Part shown: positions 1 through 8,300 of the stretch, in pieces | Numbering within the stretch: position 1 is the first letter of the stretch | How the letters are laid out: every line of letters begins with the position of its first letter | Source: Armatimonadia bacterium | GTDB taxonomy: Bacteria > Armatimonadota > Zipacnadia > Zipacnadales > UBA11051 | Assembly (NCBI GenBank): GCA_039683575.1 | Contig: JBDKRC010000297.1 | Coordinates: forward strand, 1 to 15,977 | Direction: 5' to 3' | DNA length: 15,977 nt | Made by a program: the position numbers and the translations under genes | Notes under the pieces: model-generated | Told to the model about the DNA's origin: nothing | What the model saw: only the letters and a program-made list of their open reading frames with translations | Databases searched by the model: none

Positions 1-719
1 TGGTGGGGGCGAGGATGCTCAGGGAGCATGGGCAGTATGCGTTCTATCTGCAGCCGCTTAGTGGCGCGGGGGCAGGCGAGCCGCCTGCCCTACTGGGTAA
101 TGAGGGACTCGCGGCGGATTTGCCGGAGGGGGACCCGGTGATGCTGTATGCGAAGAGCGCCGGGGAAGTGGAGCTGACGGGAGCGGAGGTTCTCGCGGAG
201 TTGGTGTTCCAGTTCAGGGACAAGGTGCGCACGAGCGATATTCAGACGGTGGCGAATTTCTGGGCGCGGGAGGGGGTTTTGCCACGGCCGCCGGGGATCA
301 TCATCAACCGGATTGGCAAGGGCTGCGTGATGACAACGATGGTGGGGCTGACGGTACACAATCGCGATGAGGACCGGTGCCCATGGCCGGAGATGCTGGC
401 GCAGAATTGCCTGCGGTACCTGCTGGGCGAGCAGATGGTGAGAGTTGGGGATTACAATGAGGTCGAGGTGAATCTGGCGCGGCAGGAGGGGCGGCAGGTG
501 TTGCACTTTGTGAACCACATGTATGGCGCGGGGATGTTCATGCATGGGCGAGGGGAGATGCAGTATTTGCGGGAGCTGCCGGTGAAGTTGGGGAAGAAGT
601 TGAGGCAGGAGTTCAAGAGCGCGCGGTTGGAGCCGGAGGGGGTGGAGTTGGAGGTTACGGAGGAGGGGTTTGTGCTGCCGAAGTTGGGGGTTTACCAGGC
701 GGTGGGGCTGTATTCGTAG
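1..719 (+). CDS. 5'-truncated CDS; probable C-terminal part (beta-galactosidase trimerisation-like and beta-sandwich region) of a glycoside hydrolase
   Basis: The frame is open from the window edge to TAG at 717-719, with the same G-ending codon bias as neighbouring genes. The tail 'VEVNLARQEGRQVLHFVNH...ARLEPEGVELEVTEEGFVLPKLGVYQAV' resembles C-termini of GH42-like or hypothetical glycoside hydrolases. No catalytic domain is visible, so the product call is tentative. Confidence 0.6.
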   Translation, partial: VGARMLREHGQYAFYLQPLSGAGAGEPPALLGNEGLAADLPEGDPVMLYAKSAGEVELTGAEVLAELVFQFRDKVRTSDIQTVANFWAREGVLPRPPGIIINRIGKGCVMTTMVGLTVHNRDEDRCPWPEMLAQNCLRYLLGEQMVRVGDYNEVEVNLARQEGRQVLHFVNHMYGAGMFMHGRGEMQYLRELPVKLGKKLRQEFKSARLEPEGVELEVTEEGFVLPKLGVYQAVGLYS

Positions 720-737
720 GAGGGGTGGGAGCTTTAC

Positions 738-778
738 AGGATGGGCAGGATAGAGGCAAGGATGGGCAGGATGGAGGC
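738..778. repeat. Intergenic tandem direct repeat with a 21-bp period (AGGATGGGCAGGATRGAGGC x2)
   Basis: 738-757 aggatgggcaggatagaggc versus 759-778 aggatgggcaggatggaggc, 19/20 identical. Each copy contains AGGAT twice at 9-bp spacing. Confidence 0.8.
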
Positions 779-798
779 GAGGGGGAGGAGATGGGGGT

Positions 799-823
799 GT
801 CGGTGCGGGACGCACCGACCTAC
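799..823 (-). repeat. REP-like palindromic element of the GTAG type
   Basis: The minus strand reads GTAG-GTCGGTGCG-TCC-CGCACCGAC: a GTAG tetranucleotide directly followed by a perfect 9-bp GC-rich stem, in an intergenic position. Confidence 0.65.
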
Positions 824-850
824 GCGAGGTCAGTCACAAAGGGTGGTTTG

Positions 851-3193
851 ATGCGTTACATGATGCTTGTGTTGGGCATATTGATTGCGGCTATGGCGAT
901 CGCGGCGTCGGGGGCACCGGTGCCGGTGGCTAATGGGGACTTTGAGAAGGGGCTTGAGGGGTGGAATGCGCTCAAGCCGAGCGGGTTTGGCAACGGGGAG
1001 ATCAAGCTTGAGACGGCGGATGTGCATAGCGGGAAGAATGCGGTGCGGATTACGAACCCCGCCGGGGTGCCTAAGGCGCTGACGGGCTTGATCAGCGCGG
1101 CGGCGATTCCGCTGCCTGAGGACACCAGGACGTTCGCGATTACCGCCTGGATGAAGGTTGTGTCATCGCCGGAGGCGGTGGAGCTGCGGATCGCTTCGAC
1201 TGACAAGGCGGGGAAAGCGCTTTTGCCCTGGCAGGAGCATGGGTGGCGGTTTCTGCGGCCGCCGGTTGAGCCGCATCGGGGACAGTGGCACCAGCTCAGG
1301 ATGGAATTCGGCGCGCAGGAGGACTGGGGCGGGTTCCAGCTTACCTATTGGATCAACGGCCCCGGCGCTGACGTGATCGTGGATGACATTCAGATCGAGC
1401 GAGTGGACCCACGGGACTTGCTCATCAAGCCGGTGGGAAAGAGGCTGGCTGATCCGGGCGCTGGCGTGGCGTTGTGGTGGGATAGCCCACAATGCAAGCT
1501 CTACCCGGGGCAGGAGCCGCCGAGTGCGCGAGGGACCGGGCTTGAGATGGCGGCGGCGGGCGGGGAGTATGAGTGTTTGCAGCTTGGGCTGCGGCCGGAG
1601 CAGGAGCTGCACGACGTGACTGTGACCTGCTCGGAGTTGAAGGGGCCGGGGGTACTGCCGGAGGGGTCGGTGTATGCGAACTTCGTGGGGCTCATTGATG
1701 TAAAGCAGGTTACCGATGGGTCCACGATTGTGGGTCCGACGCCCGATCCGTTGCTGACCGACAAGCAGCGGAATCTGCCGGGCGGTCAGACTTCGGTGGT
1801 GTGGGTGACGGTGAAGGTGCCGGCGGGGACTAAGGCGGGGGACTATACCGGGACAGTGACGCTGAGCGGGAAGGGGCTGCAGGCCGCGGTGCCGCTGAAG
1901 GTGCATGTGTTTGGATTTGATCTGCCCAAGCAGACGTCACTGCGGACGATCGCGCGTATCTGGCAGAAGCATGAGGGCTATGAGGACCTGTTTCGGCAGA
2001 ATCTGGCGGATCACCGGTGCAGCGGCTTCGGTGGGCTCGGGGGACAGGTCAGCAAGGCCGTGCCGGGTAAGGATGACGTGACAGTGGACAGCTCAGGGTT
2101 GAAGGCTGCCGCTGACAATCTCCTGAGGAAATATGGCTTCACAGTATTCAATGCGCCGGGGGTCTATCTGGGTGACTGGAGCGGGCCTTACAACAAGGAG
2201 GGGAAGTGGCAGGGCTTCCAGATGTTCAGCCCGGCGTTTGACGCGGCCTTCAAGTCATACTCCAAGCAGGTGGCGGATGCGCTGCGGAGCGAGGGGATAT
2301 TGCCGTATGCCATCTGGCAGATCTGGGACGAGCCGCATGACGAGTGGGTTGCCAAGTGCGCGCAGCTTGCCAAGTTGATCCGCGAGGCGGCTCCCGACGC
2401 GAAGATATACCTGACCACGGGGATCAAGGACGAACTGATTGACCTGGTGGACATCTGGTGCCTGCCGTGGCCGAGCGAGTATTTCGGCGACAAGGCGGAG
2501 AAGGCGCGGGCGCGGGGCGCGGAGCTTTGGGCATACCAGAATGAGCTTTACAGCCTGGATCGCGCGGACTCGTCGCTACGGATGCGAGGGTACCCGTGGC
2601 GGCTGCGGAAGTACGACATTCGTGGCGTGGAGTGGTGGGCGGTTAGCCAGTGGAAGAGCGACCCGTGGACGGTGGCGAACCAGTATGCGCCGCAGAATGG
2701 CGGCGGGTTCTTCCTGTACCCCACACCGGATCGCAAGGGCGCGCCGATCAACAGCATCCGGTGGGAGCTATACCGCGAGGGCGTGGAGGACTATGACATA
2801 CTGACGATGCTGAAGCAGGAACAGGACCGGGTGCTGGGGGAGCTCAAGTGCGCCGACGCGCGGCTCCCGGGTGAGGCGCAGATGCAGGAGCTGGTAGGGC
2901 GAGTGGCGGAGGATACGGCGAACATCAAGCGTGATGCGGCGGCGGCGGACCTGGCGCGGCAGGAGGCTTGCCGACGAATTGAGTTCCTGCAGGCGGCGCC
3001 GAAGGCCGTGGTGGGAAGAGCGGCGACGGCGAAGGGGCAGGCGGTTGTGGTGGTGCAGGCGGAGGCAGGGGCGACGGTTACCGTGAATGGAAAGGTGTAC
3101 AAAGGCGGCAAGGCGGAGGTTGCGGTTCCGGCGGGGAGGGCGGCTAGTGTGACGGTGAAGGCGGGGAACAGACAGAAGAGTCTGGTGTTGTAG
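851..3193 (+). CDS. Secreted DUF4091 / GH123-like glycoside hydrolase with an N-terminal CBM4/9-like module (about 780 aa)
   Basis: ATG at 851 follows GGGTGG and begins a Sec-type signal peptide (MRYMMLVLGILIAAMAIAA). CBM-like segment 'VANGDFEKGLEGW...VHSGKNAVRI...VIVDDIQI'. GH123-like N-domain 'GEYECLQLGL...PDPLL...VWVTVKVPAGTKAGDYTGTVTL...VFGFDLP'. Adjacent acidic pair 'WDEP' (Asp codon at 2327). DUF4091-like tail 'NGGGFFLYP...SIRWELYREGVEDYDILTML'. Confidence 0.85.
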   Translation: MRYMMLVLGILIAAMAIAASGAPVPVANGDFEKGLEGWNALKPSGFGNGEIKLETADVHSGKNAVRITNPAGVPKALTGLISAAAIPLPEDTRTFAITAWMKVVSSPEAVELRIASTDKAGKALLPWQEHGWRFLRPPVEPHRGQWHQLRMEFGAQEDWGGFQLTYWINGPGADVIVDDIQIERVDPRDLLIKPVGKRLADPGAGVALWWDSPQCKLYPGQEPPSARGTGLEMAAAGGEYECLQLGLRPEQELHDVTVTCSELKGPGVLPEGSVYANFVGLIDVKQVTDGSTIVGPTPDPLLTDKQRNLPGGQTSVVWVTVKVPAGTKAGDYTGTVTLSGKGLQAAVPLKVHVFGFDLPKQTSLRTIARIWQKHEGYEDLFRQNLADHRCSGFGGLGGQVSKAVPGKDDVTVDSSGLKAAADNLLRKYGFTVFNAPGVYLGDWSGPYNKEGKWQGFQMFSPAFDAAFKSYSKQVADALRSEGILPYAIWQIWDEPHDEWVAKCAQLAKLIREAAPDAKIYLTTGIKDELIDLVDIWCLPWPSEYFGDKAEKARARGAELWAYQNELYSLDRADSSLRMRGYPWRLRKYDIRGVEWWAVSQWKSDPWTVANQYAPQNGGGFFLYPTPDRKGAPINSIRWELYREGVEDYDILTMLKQEQDRVLGELKCADARLPGEAQMQELVGRVAEDTANIKRDAAAADLARQEACRRIEFLQAAPKAVVGRAATAKGQAVVVVQAEAGATVTVNGKVYKGGKAEVAVPAGRAASVTVKAGNRQKSLVL

Positions 3194-3272
3194 ACAGAAG
3201 ACCTGAGGTTAGAAGATCAGAAGCCTGTGATACGCTCAGGAATTGTGTCCCCAAAAACAGCGGAGGTAGAGC

Positions 3273-3947
3273 ATGAGACGAGGTTTTACGCTTATCGAGT
3301 TGTTGGTCGTAATCGCCATTATCGCCATTTTGGCGGCAATACTGTTCCCGGTATTTGCCAAGGCGCGTGAGAAGGCGCGACAGTCATCCTGTCTCTCCAA
3401 TCTCAAGCAGATTGGGCTCGGCGTTTTGCAGTATACGCAAGACTATGATGAGCGGTTTCCAATCTATTGGCGGGATCAGATTCAGACCGATGCCTCAATG
3501 CCAGGGGCGAAGTTCACCACGAGCAGTGGCGCCGCCGGCGCAGGCGGATACAAGACGAGCTGGATGGATTTCGTGACGCCGTACATCAAGAACAACCAGG
3601 TCTTCGTCTGCCCCTCGGCGGTTTTGCAGTCGCCGACTGCGCCGTCATACGGCTACAACCGGATGGTCCACAACTCTGGAGGCACGCCGCGCACGTTGGG
3701 CGAGATTGTCCGCCCGGCGGAGATAATCCTGAACCTCGACTATGCCAGCATCTATGGCGTTTATGCCAACCCCGGCGAGTATATCCAGTTCCGGGATGGG
3801 GCGGCGACGCCAAACTGCGTTTGCCCGCACAATGACGGCACGAATGTCACCTTCTGCGACGGCCACAGCAAGTGGCTTAGCAAGAGGGACCAGGCCTTTG
3901 CTGACGCCAACCAGCTCACGAACCGCTACTGGAACCCGACGCTGTAG
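3273..3947 (+). CDS. Prepilin-type N-terminal cleavage/methylation protein with C-terminal H-X9-DG motif (DUF1559-like), 224 aa
   Basis: GGAGG RBS upstream. '[28 protein letters not shown]' is a class III signal peptide with G-1, F+1 and E+5. Also '[11 protein letters not shown]', '[13 protein letters not shown]' and '[16 protein letters not shown]' (H-X9-DG). Confidence 0.95.
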   Translation: MRRGFTLIELLVVIAIIAILAAILFPVFAKAREKARQSSCLSNLKQIGLGVLQYTQDYDERFPIYWRDQIQTDASMPGAKFTTSSGAAGAGGYKTSWMDFVTPYIKNNQVFVCPSAVLQSPTAPSYGYNRMVHNSGGTPRTLGEIVRPAEIILNLDYASIYGVYANPGEYIQFRDGAATPNCVCPHNDGTNVTFCDGHSKWLSKRDQAFADANQLTNRYWNPTL

Positions 3948-3979
3948 TAGAGGGCGGAGAGCCGAAACAGCAACGACTA

Positions 3980-4007
3980 CGGGACAGGCCAGCAATGGCC
4001 TGTCCCG
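3980..4007. other. Perfect 12-bp stem-loop with a GCAA tetraloop downstream of the prepilin-type gene
   Basis: cgggacaggcca-GCAA-tggcctgtcccg, with no strong U-tract on either strand. Confidence 0.7.
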
Positions 4008-4022
4008 CTTGCATAGGCACAG

Positions 4023-4059
4023 GAAGACGGGATCGCTTGATCCTGTCTTCTTCGTTTTT
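4023..4059 (+). terminator. Probable intrinsic terminator
   Basis: gaagacgggatc-gctt-gatcctgtcttc (12-bp stem with one G-U pair) followed by ttcgttttt. Confidence 0.75.
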
Positions 4060-4163
4060 GGGGGCTCACACCGCTTCCGCCGAGGGGCTGAGACGTGTCC
4101 TGAACACAGGGGCAAGTGAGATAGTCCCAAGAGACGAGGGGATGCGAGGTGAAGAGGCTGGAC

Positions 4164-4835
4164 ATGGCAACGATATACATCGCGTTTTACTCCCGTACTG
4201 GCGAACTCGAACAGATGGCGCAGGGGCTGGCGGAGGGGGTGACGTGGCAGGGCGGGCACCCGGTAATTGCCTACATACCGCCTGATCCGGATGACGAGGA
4301 GACCATGGCGGCTGATCCTGAGTGGTCGGACAATGACAAATACTGCCGGGAGAAGTATCCAATGGCCGAGCCCGAGCAGCTACTGGCGGCGGACGGAGCG
4401 GCTTTTGGGACGCCCGCGGTGCTGGGGACGGTCGCGACAGAGATGATGCGGTTCTTGTCCTCGGTCTTTGTCACACAGAAGATCGGTGGCCTGTTCAACA
4501 AGCCGGCCGGTACTTTCATGGCCGCGCGCAAGGGTGACCCGGGGCATGAGATGGCAAACTATGCCATGTGGTTGCCGCTTTCATTGCTGGGGTACACGCT
4601 GGTGGGGGTGACTGCGAACGTGCCCGCGTTGCGCCAGACGTATGATGATGCGCAGGCACTGGGAGCTTTCCACGGCGTGCTTCAATCCACCCCGGTAGGC
4701 CTGAACCGGAAGGAATGGACTACGACGCACATTCTCGGCGGACGGCTGGCGCTCCTCGCGGAGGCGTGCAAGGCTGTAGCGGGTCTGGAGGCGTTCCAGG
4801 AGGCGGGGACGCGGGAAGCCGCAAGGCACTCATGA
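4164..4835 (+). CDS. Divergent WrbA-like flavodoxin-fold protein (NAD(P)H:quinone oxidoreductase family), about 223 aa
   Basis: 'MATIYIAFYSRTGELEQMAQGLAEGV', 'AEPEQLLAADGAAFGTP..LG....EMMRFL', 'GGLFNKPAGTF' and 'LSLLGYTLVG' follow the WrbA motif order. ATG 4164 is preferred over GTG 4149 because it matches the usual WrbA N-terminus and has GAGG upstream. Confidence 0.75.
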   Translation: MATIYIAFYSRTGELEQMAQGLAEGVTWQGGHPVIAYIPPDPDDEETMAADPEWSDNDKYCREKYPMAEPEQLLAADGAAFGTPAVLGTVATEMMRFLSSVFVTQKIGGLFNKPAGTFMAARKGDPGHEMANYAMWLPLSLLGYTLVGVTANVPALRQTYDDAQALGAFHGVLQSTPVGLNRKEWTTTHILGGRLALLAEACKAVAGLEAFQEAGTREAARHS

Positions 4836-4871
4836 AGCTAGAAAGAACGGAAGGCTGGTGAGGTAGAGAAG

Positions 4872-5165
4872 ATGATGTTCCTGGTGTTGGCTGAAGCACG
4901 GGATAGCATTGTGGGCGAGGCGGTCCTGAGGCTGCGGGCTGATGTGGCCGCGGCCATCAAGCGGGTCACGGAGTCTGGGAAGATGAAGGCTGGGGGCATT
5001 CTGGGAGGGCGGCGGATGGCCTTCATGCTGCTGGAAGTCGAGACCGCCGATGAGATTCTCGAACTGCTTGGTGGCGAGATCATAGACAACATGCGTACGG
5101 ATGTGTATCCCATCATCTCGTTTGAGGAGTTGGGGGCATTCTTTGCGGCGCATCCGTGGAAGTGA
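4872..5165 (+). CDS. Small dimeric alpha+beta barrel protein (DUF3303 / muconolactone isomerase / YCII-like), 97 aa
   Basis: GAGGT RBS. Pattern 'MFLV...ESGKMKAGGILGGRRMAFMLLEVETADEILELL......TDVYPIISFEE'. Lies 36 bp after the WrbA-like gene and is followed by a terminator. Confidence 0.7.
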   Translation: MMFLVLAEARDSIVGEAVLRLRADVAAAIKRVTESGKMKAGGILGGRRMAFMLLEVETADEILELLGGEIIDNMRTDVYPIISFEELGAFFAAHPWK

Positions 5166-5204
5166 CAGCGCCGAGACGCTTAGGGGCTACGCAGGCAATG
5201 AATG

Positions 5205-5235
5205 ACGGCAGGAGATCTGATCTCCTGCCGTTTTT
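5205..5235 (+). terminator. Intrinsic terminator
   Basis: acggcaggagat-ctg-atctcctgccgt (perfect 12-bp stem) followed by tttt. Confidence 0.85.
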
Positions 5236-5326
5236 GTCTGGGAGCGCCTGCCGACCGGCAATGAAGGTTCACTGCGAGGGCGAGGAGAAGCAGACGCAGC
5301 TTGTTCTCTGATTCCGGAGGTGCCGC

Positions 5327-8300
5327 ATGTACCGTTTCTTCCTGTTTGTGCTTGTGCTCACTCTCGCTGCCACGGTTGGGCTTGCCCAGCCGGCGATGAT
5401 GATTGACGACATGGAGAATCTGTCCGCATGGAAGACGGGCGGACAGAAGGAAGCGTCGCTCAAGCCTGAGACGGTGATCGTGAAGCAGGGCAAGGCGGCG
5501 CTGAGGTTCGAGGTCAAGATCGATCACAAGGCCGATGAGGCGATCCAGGGGCAGCAGTATCCGAAGGGGTGGCCGCGGGTTGAGCGCAATCCCCAGCCGC
5601 CATTGGACCTGTCGGCGACCGGGGGCATGGCTTTCGACATCTACACGCTGTCAAGCCGCGCCGCGATGCCGGGCAATTCGCTGAATGTCATCCTGCGCGA
5701 CAAGAGCGACAGCAACTGGTCGGCGAATCTTGGGGAACTCCCAATCAGGCAGTGGAAGCACTTCAAGCTGGATTTCCCGCCGAGCTTCAACCGCAGTCAG
5801 ATTGTCCACTGGCAGTTTTTCCTGTCCGAGTCCGACTACAACGACGGGGACTTTGCAGCCTTCATCATAGACAATGTGCAGGGATATGCGGCGCAGCAGT
5901 CGCGGCAGTTGGTGCCGCTGGTGGAGAGTAAGCTGGCGGTTCTGAAGAAGCTGGGCAACGCGGAGGGGCTGGCGGCGGAAGTGGCGCAGGCCCGGCAGAA
6001 GCTGGCTGGCGTGGATCAGCTCGATCTGACGGCGTCGGTGGCTTTCGACCGGCAGTGCGCCGAGCTACTGGGGCGGCTTGACGCGAAGATCATGGAGGCC
6101 GGCGCGCGGAAGACGTCGAGCGACGGGTCGTATTGTGTGGGCACGGAGACGAGTCTGCGGAAGGTCATGCGGGACGATGTTTCGTTCATGCCGGGGACCT
6201 CGCTGAAGCTGGGCGTGGCCGGTAATGAACGGGAGAGCGGGCAGATAGTGCTGCGGGCGGTGGGCAAGGACATACCGAAGCTGAGCGCGGAGTGGGGGGA
6301 TTTGACGGGGCCGGGCGGCGCGGAGCTGGCCAAGGATGCGGTCAGCGTGCAGGCGGTGGGCTATGTCGAGGTGCTGAAGGCGAACTATGTGCGGGACCGC
6401 GACGGCTGGTGGCCGGACCCGCTGCTGCCGCTGGACTGGCCGGGGAGCGGCAAAGCAGGGCTGGGGCCGCTGGCGACCGCGTTTGCGAAGGTCGGGGAGA
6501 CGCAGCCGCTGTGGGTGACAGTGAGGTGCCCGGCGGGACAGAAGGCGGGGACCTATAACGGGACAGTGACGCTGAAGCCGGAGGGCCTGCCGGAGACCAA
6601 GGTCAGCCTGCAGGTGCAAGTGCGGGGCTTCAGCCTGCCGCTGCGGCCACGGCTGAAGACGGCGTTTGCGTATTTTGAGGGTGAGTACCGAGGCTACTAC
6701 AAGCGGCCGATGACCGAGGCGCAGCGACGTGCGGTTGAGGAGCTTCTGCTCGACCACAAGCTGAACCCGATGAACCTGTATACGCCCGTGGCGTGGCCGG
6801 GGTTGGACGATGCGGGGTTCATGGAGGGCAAAGGGCTGAACGCCTACTGCCTCGGCTACTGCCCGGCAACGGTGCAGGGGTTCGGCGACCTGGCTTACTA
6901 CCACTACCTGCGTGACTACCGCGGGTGGCTGCGTGAGAAAGGCCTCGACCGCGATGCGTGGCTGTACGGGTACGATGAGCCGCACTGCCGGCCGGATTGG
7001 GAGCAGCTCAAGGGCGTGATGCGGGAGGTCTACTCGCTGGTGGACGCGGTTGCGCCGGGCTTGCCGAAGGCTTCGACCACGGCAATAGTGCCGGATCTGT
7101 TCGGCGCCGTGAACCTGTGGATCCCGCAGACGATGCAGGTGGCGCGCAAGGATACTCTGGGGCGGCAGAAAGCGGGGGACCAGGTGTGGACATACGTGGC
7201 CTGCACGCCGCCGCACCCGTTTGCGAACTACTTTGTTGAGTATCCGGCGCTCGACCAGAGGGTGCTTGGGTGGCAGACGTGGGAGGAGAAGTGCACGGGG
7301 TTCTTGTACTACGCGACGAACCTGTGGCGGCCCAACTATGACGGACAGGATGCGCGCTGGCCTGAGGTGCCGTGGAACCCACGGCCTGCCAAGGACTTCG
7401 CGTTCAATGGCGACGGGCTGCTGATCTACCCGCATCCGGACGGGAGCATGTTGTCCACGGTGCGTCTGGAAGCGATCTGCGATGGGTTCGAGGACTATGA
7501 CTACCTGTGCCTGCTGCGGGATGGGGCGGCGGCGTTGCGGGCGACGGGGAAGAAGATGGAGCTTGTGAAGCAGGCTGAGGCGGCGACGGTTGTGCCGGTG
7601 GAGTTGTCGAAGAGCCTGACGGAGTTCAATCACGACCCGGCGGTGCTGCTGGCGCAGCGGGAGAAAGTGGCAGAACTGGTGGAGCAGGTGAAGGTGGCGC
7701 TCGGGGAGGCGGCGTGGCAGAAGGTACTCAAGACTGAACCGGCGTTGGCGCCGCAGGCGCCGAAGGGGCAGGACGTGGGTATGGCGGCACTGCCGTATGC
7801 TTGCGGCTTCGAGGCGGCTGGAGGGCTGACGCCATGGACGAGCGGGGGCAGCTTTGGCGCGAAGGCGTCGTTCGGGGCGGTTGAGGGAGCCCAGGGGAAG
7901 GCGGGAGTCAGCACGGGGACCGGGAAAGGTTGGGCTGACTGGGAGACGCCGTATCTGAAGGTGCAGGCACCGCAGCAGGTGGCCATTCGGCTGCGAGCTA
8001 AGCCGGAGTACAAGGCTGGCACGGTGCGGGTGTTCCTGTTCAAGTATGGCGCGGACCGCCGACCACTCGATCTGGCTACGCGGCAGCAGGGGGAGTACGC
8101 GCCGGCGCTGGTGGGGTCGCTCCCGAGCACAGGGGCGTGGGAGAAGCACCGGTTCGTCGCCAGCGTGCCCGCGGGCACCGCTCTGGTGCGGGTGTACCTG
8201 CAGGCGTTTGGGCTGGATGGGTCAGTGGCGTGGGACGAGGTGTCAGTGAGTGAGTATCAGCAGGACCCGAACCAGGTTGACAGCATGGATGAGATGGGTA

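Noticed and set aside
738..778. Possible CRISPR array
   Set aside because: Only two adjacent units, no spacers and no cas genes.
725..850. N-terminal extension 'MGALQDGQDRGKDGQDGG...' of the 822-aa ORF
   Set aside because: It translates the intergenic repeat and REP. The signal peptide and RBS point to ATG 851.
1801..1865. DNA similarity to 6511-6575 (53/65 identical, with an exact 17-mer CGGGACAGTGACGCTGA)
   Set aside because: Explained by the conserved WVTV..PAG.KAG.Y.GTVTL protein motif in two paralogues with shared codon bias. It is not a mobile repeat or a DGR template/variable pair, since mismatches are not adenine-specific and no reverse transcriptase is present.
3953..3961. GGCGGAGAG match to the tRNA-Ser 3' end as a possible att site of an island
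   Set aside because: Only 9 bp in G-rich DNA, with no integrase in the window and no longer tRNA 3' duplication found.
4060..4163. Possible riboswitch upstream of the WrbA-like gene
   Set aside because: No FMN, c-di-GMP, SAM or TPP consensus is recognisable by eye and the stems are weak. An Rfam scan would settle it.
5258..5275. Imperfect palindrome GCAATGAA-GG-TTCACTGC upstream of the large hydrolase gene
   Set aside because: Short, mismatched and not repeated upstream of the other CAZyme genes, so too weak to call an operator.
6065..8149. 694-aa antisense ORF, and similar ones at 90-815, 1163-1906, 13477-14589 and 14737-15882
   Set aside because: These are shadow frames opposite well-supported genes. 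Their R/P/H/L-rich translations have no motifs and are expected from GC-rich codon bias.
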